Shown: one piece after another, positions 14,666-28,021 of the stretch
How positions within the stretch are numbered: the first letter of the stretch is position 1
How the letters are laid out: each line of letters opens with the position of its first letter
DNA from: the human T2T-CHM13v2.0 reference genome, Homo sapiens
Reading direction: 5' to 3' (one strand)
DNA length: 64,000 nt
NCBI RefSeq assembly: GCF_009914755.1
Contig: NC_060932.1
Translations under genes and position numbers: made by a program
Notes under the pieces: generated by a model
What the model saw: the letters and a program-made list of their open reading frames with translations, nothing else
Databases searched by the model: none
What the model was told of the DNA's origin: nothing

Positions 14666-15699
14666 ATAATAAAACAAATAGTTACTGAGGACTTATTAAG
14701 TGGCTAATGATATAGTGAGTCAGTTAGAGAAGTGAATGGATTCAGTAATGTGGCTTTGTTAATTGTCAGTTAGCATGTATTGCAATATAATGTGGAAATA
14801 TTCTGTTTTCACCTTTAAAAGTGAGGATAACCACTATTCCACCAGAGCAGGCTAAAAATATTTTATCACTATGCATTTTACTATAAAACACTTCTTGATA
14901 AGGCTGAATGACACTAAAGCCACAGTCATTGTTCTTATTTACCCATTAATAAAACATTTGATTCTCTGTCCTCCATTTAATATTAATATGTATGTAGTTA
15001 TGTGGAGAAAGCATTACTCACCAAAATTTTTTTTTTAGGAAAGCCTAGTTATAGACTGAAGAAATGCTTCCCTCTATAAACAAATATAAACCTGGACAAA
15101 GTGTGTGAGGCACCTGTCTGCATGCATTGAATAACAGGCAGTCCAGAATTGTGTTCCTTGAGAGATGGTGTACAGATATTCTGAGCCCAAAATATTTCCA
15201 GGCTTTCAACCCTGGAGCATGTTTCCTATCCTGGGGCAGGAATGGTAGAGTCAAAGGAGTGTTGAAGTCTCACTGAGCTTAGGAAGCGGAGTTTGAAGTG
15301 CTGAATTTTCAAGTGAAGTGGCTGGAACTTGCAGAGCAGAATGTTAGAAAGAAGGAATTTTCACCAGTTGGAAGGTAGCTGGCCAAGGAGTTCACATGAA
15401 GGTTTATCATGGATCCTTCATGGCAAATAGCTGGCTGTTCATAAGCAGGGAGGAATTCTGTAAGATGTCAAAAATCAGTATCTGCAGGTCTAAGACATAA
15501 AATGACACACCAGAAATAGCACAGGCCTTGGAGATGTTTGCATTCTGGCTCAGTGAAAGTAAAGAGACGTTGCTGAACCCCTGAGTTATTTAGCAGGGAC
15601 ATCATAATGACCACAGGACAAAGACTTAGGATTGAAGATAAATTTAAGTGAGCCCTCTCTAACAAAGAATTAAACTAAGTGAAAAAATTACTTAGTAAA

Positions 15700-16330
15700 A
15701 CAAAACTTATAACCTTTTGACAGAAGACCGCAGAATCATAAATCCTTACAGCACATTATTCACAATGTTCATGTGCAATTCAAAATCAACACACATGTGA
15801 AGAAACTGGAAGATAGCATCCCTTCCCCAAAAAGCAGTCCATAGAAACAAAACATAAGATAAGCCAGATGTTGGGATTAGCAGCCAAGGACTAAAAAGTC
15901 ACTGTTATAAAGATTTTCAAAGGCATAAAGGAAAACATAATCATGATGATAAAAATAGATGGAGAATTTTGGCAGATAAATAGGAAGTATAAAGGAAAAT
16001 TTATATCTGAAATTATAATATGTGAAAAGAAACATTCATGGATTCTCTTAGAATGGAAGACAGTAAACTTGATGACAGATCAATAGAAATAATCCACTTT
16101 GACATTTATAAAGCACCACATTTATCAACTGAAGAAGTCATATTCATTTTGATTCTAAATGGAACCAAGAAATATACTATATAATAACCCCCCCAAATAT
16201 CGACTCATTTCAAAATATTAGAATCTTACAGAATATTTGTATAGTCTAGAGTGACAGTAATTTAGAAATCAAGAGCATTAAGAGATTTAGAAAATTCCCC
16301 CACATATTTTGAAGGCAAATGATACACTTC
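15700..16330 (+). mobile_element. Old L1M ORF1/ORF2 fragments
   Basis: ccagatgttgggattagcagccaaggact and aaacttgatgacagatcaatagaaataatcca are ORF1-like. ttagaaatcaa...ttagaaaattcccccacatatttt is EN-like. Confidence 0.6.
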
Positions 16331-16349
16331 AGTGCAGGAATTGATTTCT

Positions 16350-16635
16350 CTGTCGTATGACGTTTCCATAATTTTTTAAGAATGTCCTGATTTTGTGGTA
16401 CCATGAATTGTTCCAGATTTTTCTTATACTTTCCTTGCCCATATACAGGAATCAGAATTTTTTTCCAAGGACTCCTCATTCGTTTACTTATAGAATGGCG
16501 TTTAGAAGTCAAGCCCATTAGCACTAGAATGCCATTACTCTTTGAGCCTCTCAGCAGAGAGAATTACATATGCCTGTACATACATATAAACATTCATTTT
16601 TATATCCATCCATCTGTATTCACCTTAAAAAACAT
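16350..16635 (-). mobile_element. L1MC/L1MD-like 3'UTR fragment
   Basis: tgttccagatttttcttatactttccttgccc...ggaatcag...tttccaaggactcct is an antisense L1M 3'UTR. Confidence 0.6.
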
Positions 16636-17099
16636 TGGTGTAGTTCTAACTTTTTTAATGATGTCAGAGACATCTTTCTTAAGTTCTAATTGCCTTCATT
16701 GTCGCCAACAATTAGACGGGAAGACCAGCTTTGCTCTTAATTTTAAGTTTGGGAAGGCAGCCCTTACTCTAATTTTGTTCCTTATTCTTTTCTTTTAGGC
16801 TCATCAGAAATATCCATACATTAAGCCAACCATTCAGATCTTTACAAAGTGGATGGAATGTTGACGTACACACTGCATTAGGGTAGGTAAGTAAGTGATA
16901 AATAGCACAATGTGAAGTTCTACACTTTCCATATTCAAGCCATCCTCTTACCTACTTCCCAAGATAACTGATTTTTATTTGTACTTTTCTTCTACTTCCT
17001 ATTTCAAAAAAATAGAGGGTCTTTTGGCTGAACATCTATGTGTATATATCCCTGCTCCAGAAGAAGGTGTAAACCAGGCTGTCATCATTACTGATTATT

Positions 17100-17950
17100 C
17101 CATGTGGTCAGTTTTTTCCCTTGTCACTATTGTCATCGCCTCGCCTCACACTCTCTCTTCATGCAACCATAAACCTCTTCTGCTCACATGCCTTAGCAAA
17201 ATTATCGGTGGCCAACTAGTTGCTATCATGAGAATATTTCAGTTCTCCTCTTGCCCCACGTCTCTGCGGTATTTGATCGTGCTCTCCTTCAGAGCTGTTG
17301 CATGCATAGATTTTGTGCACATGGCTGTTATGAACTGCAGCACACCCTCCTTATTAAGATCCTCCTACCCCCACACCTCACACACCATAATCTTTTTAAA
17401 CTATTCTATTCTTCCTTTGAGATTTCCTAGCTTTTCAAGTTGAAGGCTTTGTCTGACACAAACTTGAGAAGCACCCTGAATCGCTGAAGCTTGCATACTT
17501 TTCACATCTACCCTATGTCTAAATTCTGATAATCCTATCTATGGTTTCAAATTCATTCTCTCTTCTGTATCTGCATAGTCACTATCCTGAGGCAGGCAGT
17601 CATCACCTCTAGACTGGATTAGGGACTCCTCAATGTTCTCACTATCTTTCATTTCCCCCTAAATCCTATCCTTTACCCTGCCATCAATGTGATTTTATAC
17701 TACATACATCTGATCAATTCACCCTACTGCTCAAAAAGTTTTCATGGCATTTCTTTGCTTACAAAATTTATATCTAAACTTTTCTGCAAGTTTTCTAATA
17801 TTTTTGAGACTTGTCTGTTTTTTGCCTACTCCTTTTGACTGTTTAGAACCTCCTTGCTCTTCCTACTCCTCACTCGTTAGTTAGTGCTCTTAATACTCTC
17901 ATTTTTGACTTCCATGACTCTGTCAATCTTTTTTGCCATGGGGTGAAATT
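17100..17950 (+). mobile_element. L2 LINE fragment
   Basis: catcacctctagactggatt, ctgatcaattcaccctactgctcaaaa. Confidence 0.6.
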
Positions 17951-19650
17951 CCTTAGGTTTAGGTCAATCACTTACCTGTGATGAGCCTACATTTACAAAC
18001 ATGTACATATATATTTCTAATCTGCATATGATGATCTTTGTATATTCTGAAAGGGATAAGAATGAACAGTTAGATGGGGAAGAGATTCCTTCTCTAAAAG
18101 AGAATGACCCTTTCAGCAAAGAAGAAAACTATATAGGGAAGTGGTTTCAGAGGCTTGGTATAGATGTAAAAGGGAGATTAGGGAAGGATATTAAAATCTG
18201 AGATTAGTTTCCAGTTGAATTTGAAAAAAATTGATAAATTTTCTTTGATTTGTCTTTGTCACCTAAAATTCACTTTGCAATTCTGAACAACAAGACACTG
18301 ACCTCAGTCAACATTGGCTCTCTCTCTTAGGTTTTGCAGCAAAATTTCTTCCCCAACCCCCTTCACGCCACCAGGGTGGGATCTGTGGCTTGGTGTAATC
18401 CTAGCTATCATCAGTTAATCATACCTCCTTAATTCATTTCATGGGCAAAGCATTAAGCACAACTGAACCTGTGATCACTTACATGCCGTTAGGCTATTTC
18501 TGCTTATTCAGCTCATCTTTTGGTTTTGCAGCCTTTCTCTTGAATACATTTCCTCTGAGTAGTTCTGGTTAAAACAAAACTTAAGGCAAACTAAAACAAG
18601 AGTAAAGCAAACTGAAGAGATTACGATTTAAAAACAGAGGAGAGGGTGATATGCCATATGGCCAGCTCAGCATGGCCTTATTGTACACACAAAAGCATTT
18701 TATAGTGGCTTCTATAGCATACAAACAGCCTTGTCCATGACTCCAGCTGCCCATTCCCCCAAATAGCTCCAGAAGGCATCCCTGTGAGACGGTATGGCAT
18801 GTAGGGAGTTTGGCATTTGCTGGCGGGAGACAACCCCACACCAGAGTCTGAATCCCATAGTTTTCCAGGCTGTAGGGGGAAAGCAGTAAGTACTGAGAAC
18901 CGTAGTTGTGATAGAGTCTGTAGCTTGGGGATTGAAGACTCTCCCAAAGTCTTCAATACACACATCACTGGGCCTGGTCTGAGGAAACAGCTGTGCTGTT
19001 AAAAGAGTAAGTGCATACTGCTGTGGGGCTTTTAATTGAAGAGGCATAACATTAGACCAGATGAGGACCCACCATAATTAGAAGACAGACTACTTAACGG
19101 CCAGTAGCCATGGCCTTGAATGGGGAATGGGAATTCAGCTACTTGGCATTTCTCTCACTATAGATCATAATGGATTAATTAGAAATGCACAAAGACAAAA
19201 ACATGCCCAAGGTAAACATAAAGCCACATGGAATTGCACTGAACAGCATTATGAGCACTGCAGCCCAGAGTTTGCAGCACTCCCATCTGAGTGTTGGAAT
19301 GAAGGCCATAACAAGCACACCCAGCTCTGTTCTGCCCTTTTACTGAGCCTTAAATTTGAAGAGGGGCAGCAGCTTCACAACCCAATCACGTTAGACTTCT
19401 ACAGAAAGAAGATGCAGAACATATTCTTCCTCTTCGGTGCCTACGTCAACGATAGTTGTTTTATTTTCTTTCACCTTTCTTTCCTGCCACATCATTTCCT
19501 GGGCTTATTCTGCCTCCTGAAATAGCTAAATTTTTCACCTTGCCCACCCACAAAAGCAAGTTGATGGTTTGCAGATAGTTTTACACCATGCAGAAGAAAA
19601 CACAGCCATTCTTTGCAACATCTCATTTAGTCTCAGGCATAGCAAAAATC

Positions 19651-19865
19651 ATGTAATAGAAAGAGCAGGACTTGTGGTCAGGTTTCCCTGGATTCACATT
19701 CAAATACTGCAATGTACCAGCATAAATTATGTATTACTTATCTTCTGTTAAAATGGAGTTAAGGGACAACATACTGTGCAGGGTTGTTATGAGAAATAAA
19801 GAAAGCAACACCATCTAAAACACCCAACACAAAAGCACCTTACACATGGCCTGATACCTAATGAA
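19651..19865 (+). mobile_element. MIR SINE
   Basis: tctgttaaaatggag...cagggttgttatgagaaataaa...aaagcaccttacacatggcctg. Confidence 0.65.
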
Positions 19866-21156
19866 AGTTCTGTGTCAGTTTCCTTTCTACTCAGTTTTTG
19901 GTATGAAGTGGTCAAAAGTGATAGGATTATCTGTCCATAATTGAAAAGCTGAAACATATTGTAAATCCTTCCTCTTAGTATAGCCCCAATTGCATATTTT
20001 ACAACTGCCCTCAAGGAGCTCAACAGATGGATTTTAGCAGTTTCTTTCTGTCATTTATTGGAGAGGGAAGAGGTTAAGGAACACAAGATGACTGAAAAGC
20101 AAAGAGAATGAATTGATCTGCACACCTGATTGTTAATGCCTCAGTAAATGGTGGGCTTGGTTCTACCCTGTAGAGATATAAATGGCTACCTCCAGAAGTC
20201 ACAGGTGTTTGTCACCCTAATGGCACTCAAGCAGAGGCCCAACAGACTCTTGGAAGACATTGTAGAAAGGATGTGTTTGTAGATGGAACATGATCTAAAT
20301 GTGGACCTACAAGGTTTCTTGTGACTGGAAATTTGGTGCTTTTATCACTTGAGTCAAGCAATAAATAGAAGCATAGTCTTAGGAACTGAAGAATCAGAGG
20401 GCACTCTCTGATTATTTAGTGTTTTGTATGTAACACAGAGAGTAGAAGACTTCACACAAACTGACTTTGAATGATTTTTACCAAGTGTCTAAGTTATTTA
20501 TAGTGGAAGAAGTCAAGTCACAAAGGCTCTGAATTACAATATGGAAGGATCATTTCTGGCTTCCAATTGCCTTGGAAATATCAGAGCGAATATTAAGAGC
20601 CATGTACATAAAGATTCTTGCAAAGATAGGACTTCATTTATGTTCTTGGTGGGGTCGGCTATGTCCCTTTAAGGTGTCTCATTAAGCGGAAATTTGACAA
20701 AACATCAAAGTCCAAAACTTGGGGCCAGAAATTTGTACTTTGTGAGTCTTGCATTGGGATGACTGTGATTTATCTCCAGGAGGTACTAGTTAAATTCAAA
20801 TATGATAATTGGGAAAAAGAGAAATCAATACCTAGACATCTGTTTTTTAATATAGACTTTTTGAGATGAGAAGGCATGTACTGGTGCCAAAAAAATGTGC
20901 TGAAATTTAACACATTAGAACAGCCAGAAGAATATAAACTCAAATGTGTAGCAATTCAGGCCTACTGCCTTGGAGAGTGGAGAGGTTTAATCATGTCACT
21001 AGCAATATTTCTTTGGAGGATTTATATCACATTGGCTTTCTATTGTACCAGATAGATACCACTGTATATGTTTATTTGGCTTTTTTTGTTTATTTGAGAC
21101 ATGGGTAGATGCACAAGATAAACTATATAAAAAATGGATGATTTCTATCATTTCTT

Positions 21157-21158
21157 TT

Positions 21159-21190
<32 letters not shown>

Positions 21191-23438
21191 TTGATCATTC
21201 TTGGGTGTTTCTCGCAGAGGGGGAGTTGGCAGGGTCATAGGACAATAGTGGAGGGAAGGTCAGCAGATAAACAAGTGAACAAAGGTCTCTGGTTTTCCTA
21301 GGCAGAGGACCCTGCAGCCTTCCGCAGTGTTTGTATCCCTGGGTACTTGAGATTAGGGAGTGGCGATGATTCTTAACGAGCATGCTGCCTTCAAGCATCT
21401 GTTTAACAAAGCACATCTTGCACCACCCTTAATCCATTTAACCCTGAGTGGACACAGCACATGTTTCAGAGAGCACAGGGTTGGGGGTAAGGTCACCGAT
21501 CAACAGGATCCCAAGGCAGAAGAATTTTTCTTGGTACAGAACAAAATGAAAAGTCTCCCATGTCTACTTCTTTCTACACAGACACGGCAACCATCCGATT
21601 TCCCAATCTTTTCCCCACCTTTCCCCCCTTTCTATTCCACAAAACCGCCATTGTCATCCCAGCCCGTTCTCAATGAGCTGTTGGGTACACCTCCCAGACG
21701 GGGCGGCTGGCCGGGCAGAGGGGCTCCTCACTTCCCAGGAGGGGCGGCCTGGCAGAGGCGCCCCTCACCTCCCGGACGGGGTGGCTGGCCGGGTGGGGGG
21801 CTGACCCCCCCACCTCCCTCCCGGACGGGGCAGCTGGCCGGGCAGAGGGGCTCCTCACTTCCCAGTACCTCACTTCCCAGTAGGGGCGGCTGGGCAGAGG
21901 CGCCCCTCACTTCCCGGATTGGGCGGCTGGCCAGGCAGAGGGGCTCCTCACTTCCCAGTAGGGGCGGCTGGGCAGAGGCCCCCCTCACCTCCCGGACGGG
22001 GCGGCTGGCCGGGCGGGGGGGCTGACCCCCCACCTCCCTCCCAGATGGGGCGCCTGGCCGGGCAGAGGGGCTCCTCACTTCCCAGTAGGGGCGGCTGGGC
22101 AGAGGCCCCCCTCACCTCCCAGACGGGGCGGCTGGCCGGGTGGGGGGCTGACCCCCCCCACCTCCCTCCCGGATGGGGTGGCTGGCTGGGCAGAGGGGCT
22201 CCTCACTTCCCAGTAGGAGCGGCCGGGCAGAGGCGCCCCTCACCTCCCGGACGGGGCAGCTGGCCAGGTGGGGGGCTGACCCCCCCCACCTCCCTCCCAG
22301 ATGGGGTGGCTGACCGGGCAGAGGGGCTCCTCACTTCCCAGTAGGGGCGGCTGGGCAGAGGCGCCCCTCACCTCCCGGACGGGGTGGCTGGCCGGGCGGG
22401 GGGCTGACCCCCCCACCTCCCTCCCAGACGGGGCGGCTGGCCTGGCGGGGGCTGACCCCCACCTCCCTCCCGGACGGGGTGGCTGCCGGGCAGAGACGCT
22501 CCTCACTTCCCAGACAGGGTGGCTGCCGGGTGTAGGGGCTCCTCACTTCTCAGATGGGGCGGCTGCCGGGCGGAGGGGCTCCTCACTTCTCAGATGGGGC
22601 GGTTGCCAGGCGGAGGGTCTCCTCACTTCTCAGATGGGGCGGCCGGGCAGAGACACTCCTCACCTCCCAGACGGGGTCGCGGCCGGGCGCTCTCACATCC
22701 CAGATGGGGCGGCGGGGCAGAGGCGCTCCCCACATCTCAGGCGATGGGTGGCCGGGCAGAGACACTCCTTACTTCCTAGATGGGATGGCGGCTGGGAAGA
22801 GGCGCTCCTCACTTCCTAGATGGGATGGCGGCCGGGCAGAGACGCTCCTCACTTCCTAGACGGGATGGTGGCCGGGAAGAGGCGCTCCTCACTTTCCAGA
22901 CTGGGCAGCCAGGCAGAGGGGCTCCTCACGTCCCAGACGATGGGCGGCCAGGCAGAGACGCTCCTCACTTCCCAGACGGGGTGGCGGCCGGGCAGAGGCT
23001 GCAATCTCGGCACTTTGGGAGGCCAAGGCAGGCGGCTGGGAGGTGGAGGTTGTAGCGAGCCGAGATCACGCCACTGCACTCCAGCCTGGGCACCATTGAG
23101 CACTGAGTGAACCAGACTCCGTCTGCAATCCCGGCACCTCGGGAGGCCGAGGCTGGCGGATCACTCGCGGTTAGGAGCTGGAGACCAGCCCGGCCAACAC
23201 AGTGAAACCCCGTCTCCACCAAAAAAGTACGAAAACCAGTCAGGCGTGGCGGCGCGCGCCTGTAATCGCAGGCACTCGGCAGGCTGAGGCAGGAGAATCA
23301 GGCAGGGAGGTTGCAGTGAGCCGAGATGGCAGCAGTACAGTCCAGCTTCGGCTCGGCATCAGAGGGAGACAGTGGAAAGAGAGGGAGAGGGAGGCCATGG
23401 GCCCTGGGCCATGGGGAGAGGGAGAGGGAGAGGGAGAG
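21157..23438 (-). mobile_element. Full-length SVA retrotransposon (SVA_D-like)
   Basis: On the minus strand: short (CCCTCT)n 23414-23438, Alu-like domain ~23000-23370, GC-rich VNTR ~21690-23000, SINE-R ~21190-21690, (TAAA)n tail. Perfect 17-bp TSD gatttctatcatttctt at 21140-21156 and 23439-23455. Confidence 0.98.
21690..23000. repeat. SVA VNTR (CpG/G-rich, ~35-50-bp units)
   Basis: Repeated ggggcggctggccgggcagaggggctcctcacttcccag units. Confidence 0.95.
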
Positions 23439-24984
23439 GATTTCTATCATTTCTTATTTGAAAAGAAGCTAGATGGACTAATATATTCCAGATCTATGTA
23501 TCAAGTATCAGTAGCATTTCATGTTAGCAATTTAATAAGGTACCAGGAAACTCCTCTCCTGTATCTCTGGATATATGTCTATTTTCGGTAATAAAGACTG
23601 GGATACAAATTGAAATTTACATGGAAGAGTTTAAACATTAAGTCAGCATTAGTTCTTCAAAGTTTGTGTACGCTTATTCAAAATAAAAATTGTACTAAAC
23701 CACTAGATAATGAGTCCCAATGAGAAAGTAGGCACTTGAATTGAATATACCCAGAATGGATAATTTTAGAATTCAGGAACTTGAAGGAGCTGGTACTGTG
23801 GGTATTATTTGCACAATCTGGGTAGAGTTTTAATAAACCAGTGGTATCATGTGTGCTTTAGCTCAGAATATTCCTAGGGCAAAGGTGAGAAGACAGGATA
23901 TCCAGGTTCAGTAGGATGTCAGAGGAGGGACAGAAAAGAGGAAATAGGAAGGCCTAGAAAACACATCTTAACCATTTTAATGAACTTTGTATCTTGACTC
24001 TGAACTGTGCAAAGAAAATCATCTTCTCTATTTTCTCTGGCTTTCCAGAGAGTGGCTATTTTGATTACAGATTTTTTAAGTGTGGCTGCTACACACAGAG
24101 ATGAAGATTTTGAGTCTACAGTCACGCGTGGCCCACTGCCCAGCTCCTACTCTACACTCTCAATGTTCCACAGGAGCTCTCCAGCACACACACACTCCCT
24201 AATAAGTGCAGATGGACAGCAACTCCCTTTAACGCTGCTTGACATATTGTATTTATACAGGTGGAGACAGCAGTTAAATAAAATATGTGAGTTTCATAAT
24301 CCTTAAATGTCTTCTCTCTTCCTCTCCCCCAGTGTGCTCTGTGTGTTGGACACAAGACTGTTTTCCATAGAAAATAACCACACTGTCCTTTTTAATGTTT
24401 TTATACCACAATACCTCTAGGCACTAGTCCACCTTCTAGAAGAAAAACCTAATAAAACCTCAGGAAGTGATTTAATTAGAGCAGAGGAAAAGAGTACAGA
24501 GTGAGATAGGGCCAAGGCTGAAATAGCAGAGGGGTGGGGGGATAGCAGGGAAGGAGTTGGGCACTCAGAAAGGCAGTGGAAGACAAACACACTGGCTGAT
24601 TTAGTAGATGAGGGCAGGGCCCTCTAAGCTACAAACAGAGCAAGGATGATGCAAGAATGTGAGGAAGAGACATTATCAATACGTGGTACCAAGGGTTCCC
24701 TAACTGGCATTGTCCCTCTAATTCGAGGCATCTGGACTTCTTTCCTTACCAAAGAACTCCATTATAATTTATAACATGTTATTTTCTTTATTCCAGTAAA
24801 AGAGGCATTAATAATCACTCTCTGGTCCATGTTAGAGAGTATCTTTTTTTTAAACAAAGACATAAGCCCAATCTAATAAGAGCAGAATCTCAGTAATTGC
24901 TACCATGGTGTTCTATGCAAATGCTGCCTACTAGACTTATCTATCTGGTTTATGACACAGCAATATATAACATTTTTTCAAGTA

Positions 24985-25460
24985 TTCTTTCATGTAACAG
25001 AAATTTATAAGCACCTACTCTGTGTAAAAGACATGATACTGCCCTTGAGGAAGTTACAGTCTGTTGTGAGAAATTGAAATGGGAATTACTATAATAAAAA
25101 GATGGCAAAGCAACACTGACTTTTTTACCGGGTTAAGGACAGGAAGGAGGGACCACATTCATTTTTTATGTCTGAAAACAGAGGAAAAGTCACCAAATCC
25201 ATCTCAGAAGAGGTAACTCATAAGATGGGTTTCAAAGGACACAAAGGATTTTGCTAGATTAAAAAATAAAATAAAAATAAAATACTTTCCTTGAGACAGA
25301 AATGTGTATGACCAATGGCATAGATGTGTTGGAGAAATACGAGTGGATTGATGTGGCTAAGCATAGGATGTGATATAAAGAGGGATGAGGTCTGTCAGGA
25401 GATATGCCTTGAATGGTATATTGAAACCAGATTGCAAATAAACCTATGGCTAAATATTGT
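24985..25460 (-). mobile_element. L2 LINE fragment
   Basis: atttataagcacctactctgtg...ctgcccttgaggaagttacagtct, the antisense L2 3' end. Confidence 0.6.
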
Positions 25461-25865
25461 GAACTACATCCTTTAGCAACAAGCAGTCAAAGAAGGGCTG
25501 GGAGCAGGCATAGAATCACCAGAACTGGGTGTTAGAAAGTGCACAGGCAGCTGGTAGAGGACCATGAGGGTGTGGCTGGAAGCAGGGAGAACAGTTGAGG
25601 CAGAAGTGGTGTCCCAGGAAAAAGACTGGACACTGAAACAGGAAAGTTGGCAGAGGCAGTTGGACACATGAAAGTCCATCTAATTCAACTCAGAAGTTTG
25701 ACTTTGGAGTCCTGTTGGAATACTCTGAGTCATGGTAAAGAAATATATAACTGGATGGGAGAAAACAAGAACATGTCTTACAAAAGAGAGGAGAAACATG
25801 CATGAGCTTCAGGTGAAAGCTGTGAAAAAGTTGGCTTGCTCTGTTTGAGAATATGCATCTTTCTG

Positions 25866-26110
25866 ACTCTGGCCTTTGGAGTCAAAACACATGGTTTGCA
25901 ATCCATTTCTATCACTGGGCAACTTGGGCAAGTGACTTAACATTTCTATGCTTTATGTTGCTCATCTGTAAAGCGAAAATTACCCCAGTACTTTTCATCA
26001 AAAGTGAGAATGTTATGAGGATTAAATGAAATAATACACATAAAGTGCTGAGAAGAGCGTCTGGTTCATCTCAAAGAATCAGTTGTTAAAAGCAGCAGTA
26101 GGCATTATTA
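25866..26110 (+). mobile_element. MIR SINE
   Basis: Core cttgggcaagtgacttaac...ctcatctgtaaa...gttatgaggattaaatgaaataatacacataaagtgct. Confidence 0.85.
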
Positions 26111-27089
26111 ATCACAAAGACACATTGATAGTCAGTTCATCTTATCCTAAAACATTCAGATAATCTGTTTTTCTTTTTCCAGCCGACATGCAATCCCAAG
26201 AGGATCAATTAAAGATAGAAGCAGCTTTTTTTAAAAAAGAAAGTCACTTTTTTGGACCCAGAAATGTTATATTCCAAAAGTTTATTTCATCAGTGGAAGG
26301 GGAAGAGATCAATGCCCTCAGAAACTTGTGCAGTTGGGCATCATCTAAATCCCCAGCCTCAATACCCCTGAGGACATAGAGATTCTTGACACCCAGGCAA
26401 ACACTAATCACATTAGCAAAAAAGCAATGCTTATTATGGCTGACAGCATTGTCCCAAATTATAGGGAAGCAGGGAGGGAGATAAAGATAAAGAAAGGAAA
26501 GTAGAAGGAGAAATTCTTTGTTAAAACTCTAATCAGCAGGAAGACCTTCTGAGCAACTAAAAAGAAATTAATATGAGAGAAGAATCTTGATGTGCAGCTA
26601 CAGCCTCAAAAACAGGATGCAATTAAGTGCTTCTAACAAGGCTCCAGTAGTCTGATGGTAAATGTGGAAAGACCAGCTAATGAAATGTCATGGGGACATT
26701 GCTTATAATAATCATATGCCCTGGATGCCAAATGGCACTTTACCTGCTGGAGAAACAGTTACAGAGGAAAAGAACAAAAGCCTACCAGCTGTTAGGAAAT
26801 AGAACAGAATGAGCTCAAGGCCCTAGGGGAAGGTGGAAAATTAACCCAGCCTCTGTCTTGTTATATTTTCTTTACCACTGTGCTTTTCTCTTCTGGATTT
26901 AAAATTGTGTATTTCCAACCAGATAGGGGGGTCTTTTAGAAAAATAGTATTGGACTTGGTGTCTGGACACCAAAATTGGAAATCAGGTGGAGGTAAGATT
27001 GTATAGAGCCAGGGAAGTCGTTTATCTTTCAAGACTTTAAAATAACTACCCTTATTGTTTGCTTTGTTATTTCCCTTGAATATACAATT

Positions 27090-28021
27090 TACATTCCCTA
27101 GTGGCCAGTTAACTTACTTTAGGCTTCTGACTTATTCAGATCTTTCGTCAAATGAAACCATGTCAGAGAGCTCTTCACTGAATACCTTTATTCAAAATAG
27201 TCCTTACACAATCCCCCAGGGACTCTCTAGCCCATTACCCTGCTTCATTTTCTTCACAACATTTTTCAAATCATAAAAATATTATGTTTGTTATTTACTA
27301 ATACATTATTTTTCTGCCCACTGTGATACAACCTCCATGAGAACAGAAAACATGCACCTCTATTTTGTACACCACAATATCCTCAGTCAGTTGTGCAGTA
27401 ACAGAATGTATTCAATGGTCTAGATACACTTTGAATGAATTTTTTATCCATAAATGTACATAATTTCTTAATGCTTTCTAGCACTGCTACTCTACTTTCC
27501 ACTCCCAGATTATTGGATTATCACATACCTTCTCCTCGCTCCTCATCAAGTCTACATGCCTCTTGGTTTTGTTTCTTTAAATTCAACTTCCTTTTCTTTT
27601 ACAATGACCCTCTTTTAAGTCAAAACATTTTGACTTTTCTGTTCAAAATCTTCACACAAACGCTTCATTCTCCTGCTCTGTTCATTTTTCCTTCTCTACA
27701 TCATCATTCCCATCAATATATAAATGTGCTGTTACTCCCAGCCATAAAAACAAAGAAAACCACACCCTCTCCAACAACCACCCCATTACAGCACTTGTCA
27801 GGGTTACAGAAAATCATTTTCTATAGTGGGCCTTACTCACTGTTTTACTTTATGTCCAATTTTCCTAAAAACTATATCAACCAGGACTTACTCTTCCCCT
27901 CTTTTATGAAACACATCACCAAGACCATCAGTGTCCTCCATGCTGTAGAATCCAACAGGCTGTCCTAGGTCCTCATCTTACTTGGCCACCCAGTGACGCC
28001 TGACAATTGAACAATTCCTCC
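27090..28021 (+). mobile_element. L2 LINE fragments
   Basis: An L2 3' end near 27440 (ctccatgagaacag...ttgaatgaat). gtcctcatcttacttggcc...tgacaattgaacaattcctcc lies near 27970-28021. Confidence 0.65.

Noticed and set aside
21690-23000. Regularly spaced repeats that superficially resemble a CRISPR array
   Set aside because: There are no unique spacers. This is the SVA VNTR in primate DNA.
21195-23591. Dense cluster of overlapping GC-rich ORFs up to 221 aa
   Set aside because: These are stop-poor frames of the SVA VNTR and Alu-like domain, not genes.
26161-26379. Strong acceptor (ttttctttttccag at 26182) followed by a 63-aa ATG ORF
   Set aside because: I found no convincing donor or nearby polyA signal, and the protein is unrecognisable. 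The signal is too weak on its own.
27435-27968. 177-aa ORF
   Set aside because: It lies in degenerate L2 pyrimidine-rich sequence and shows no domain features.
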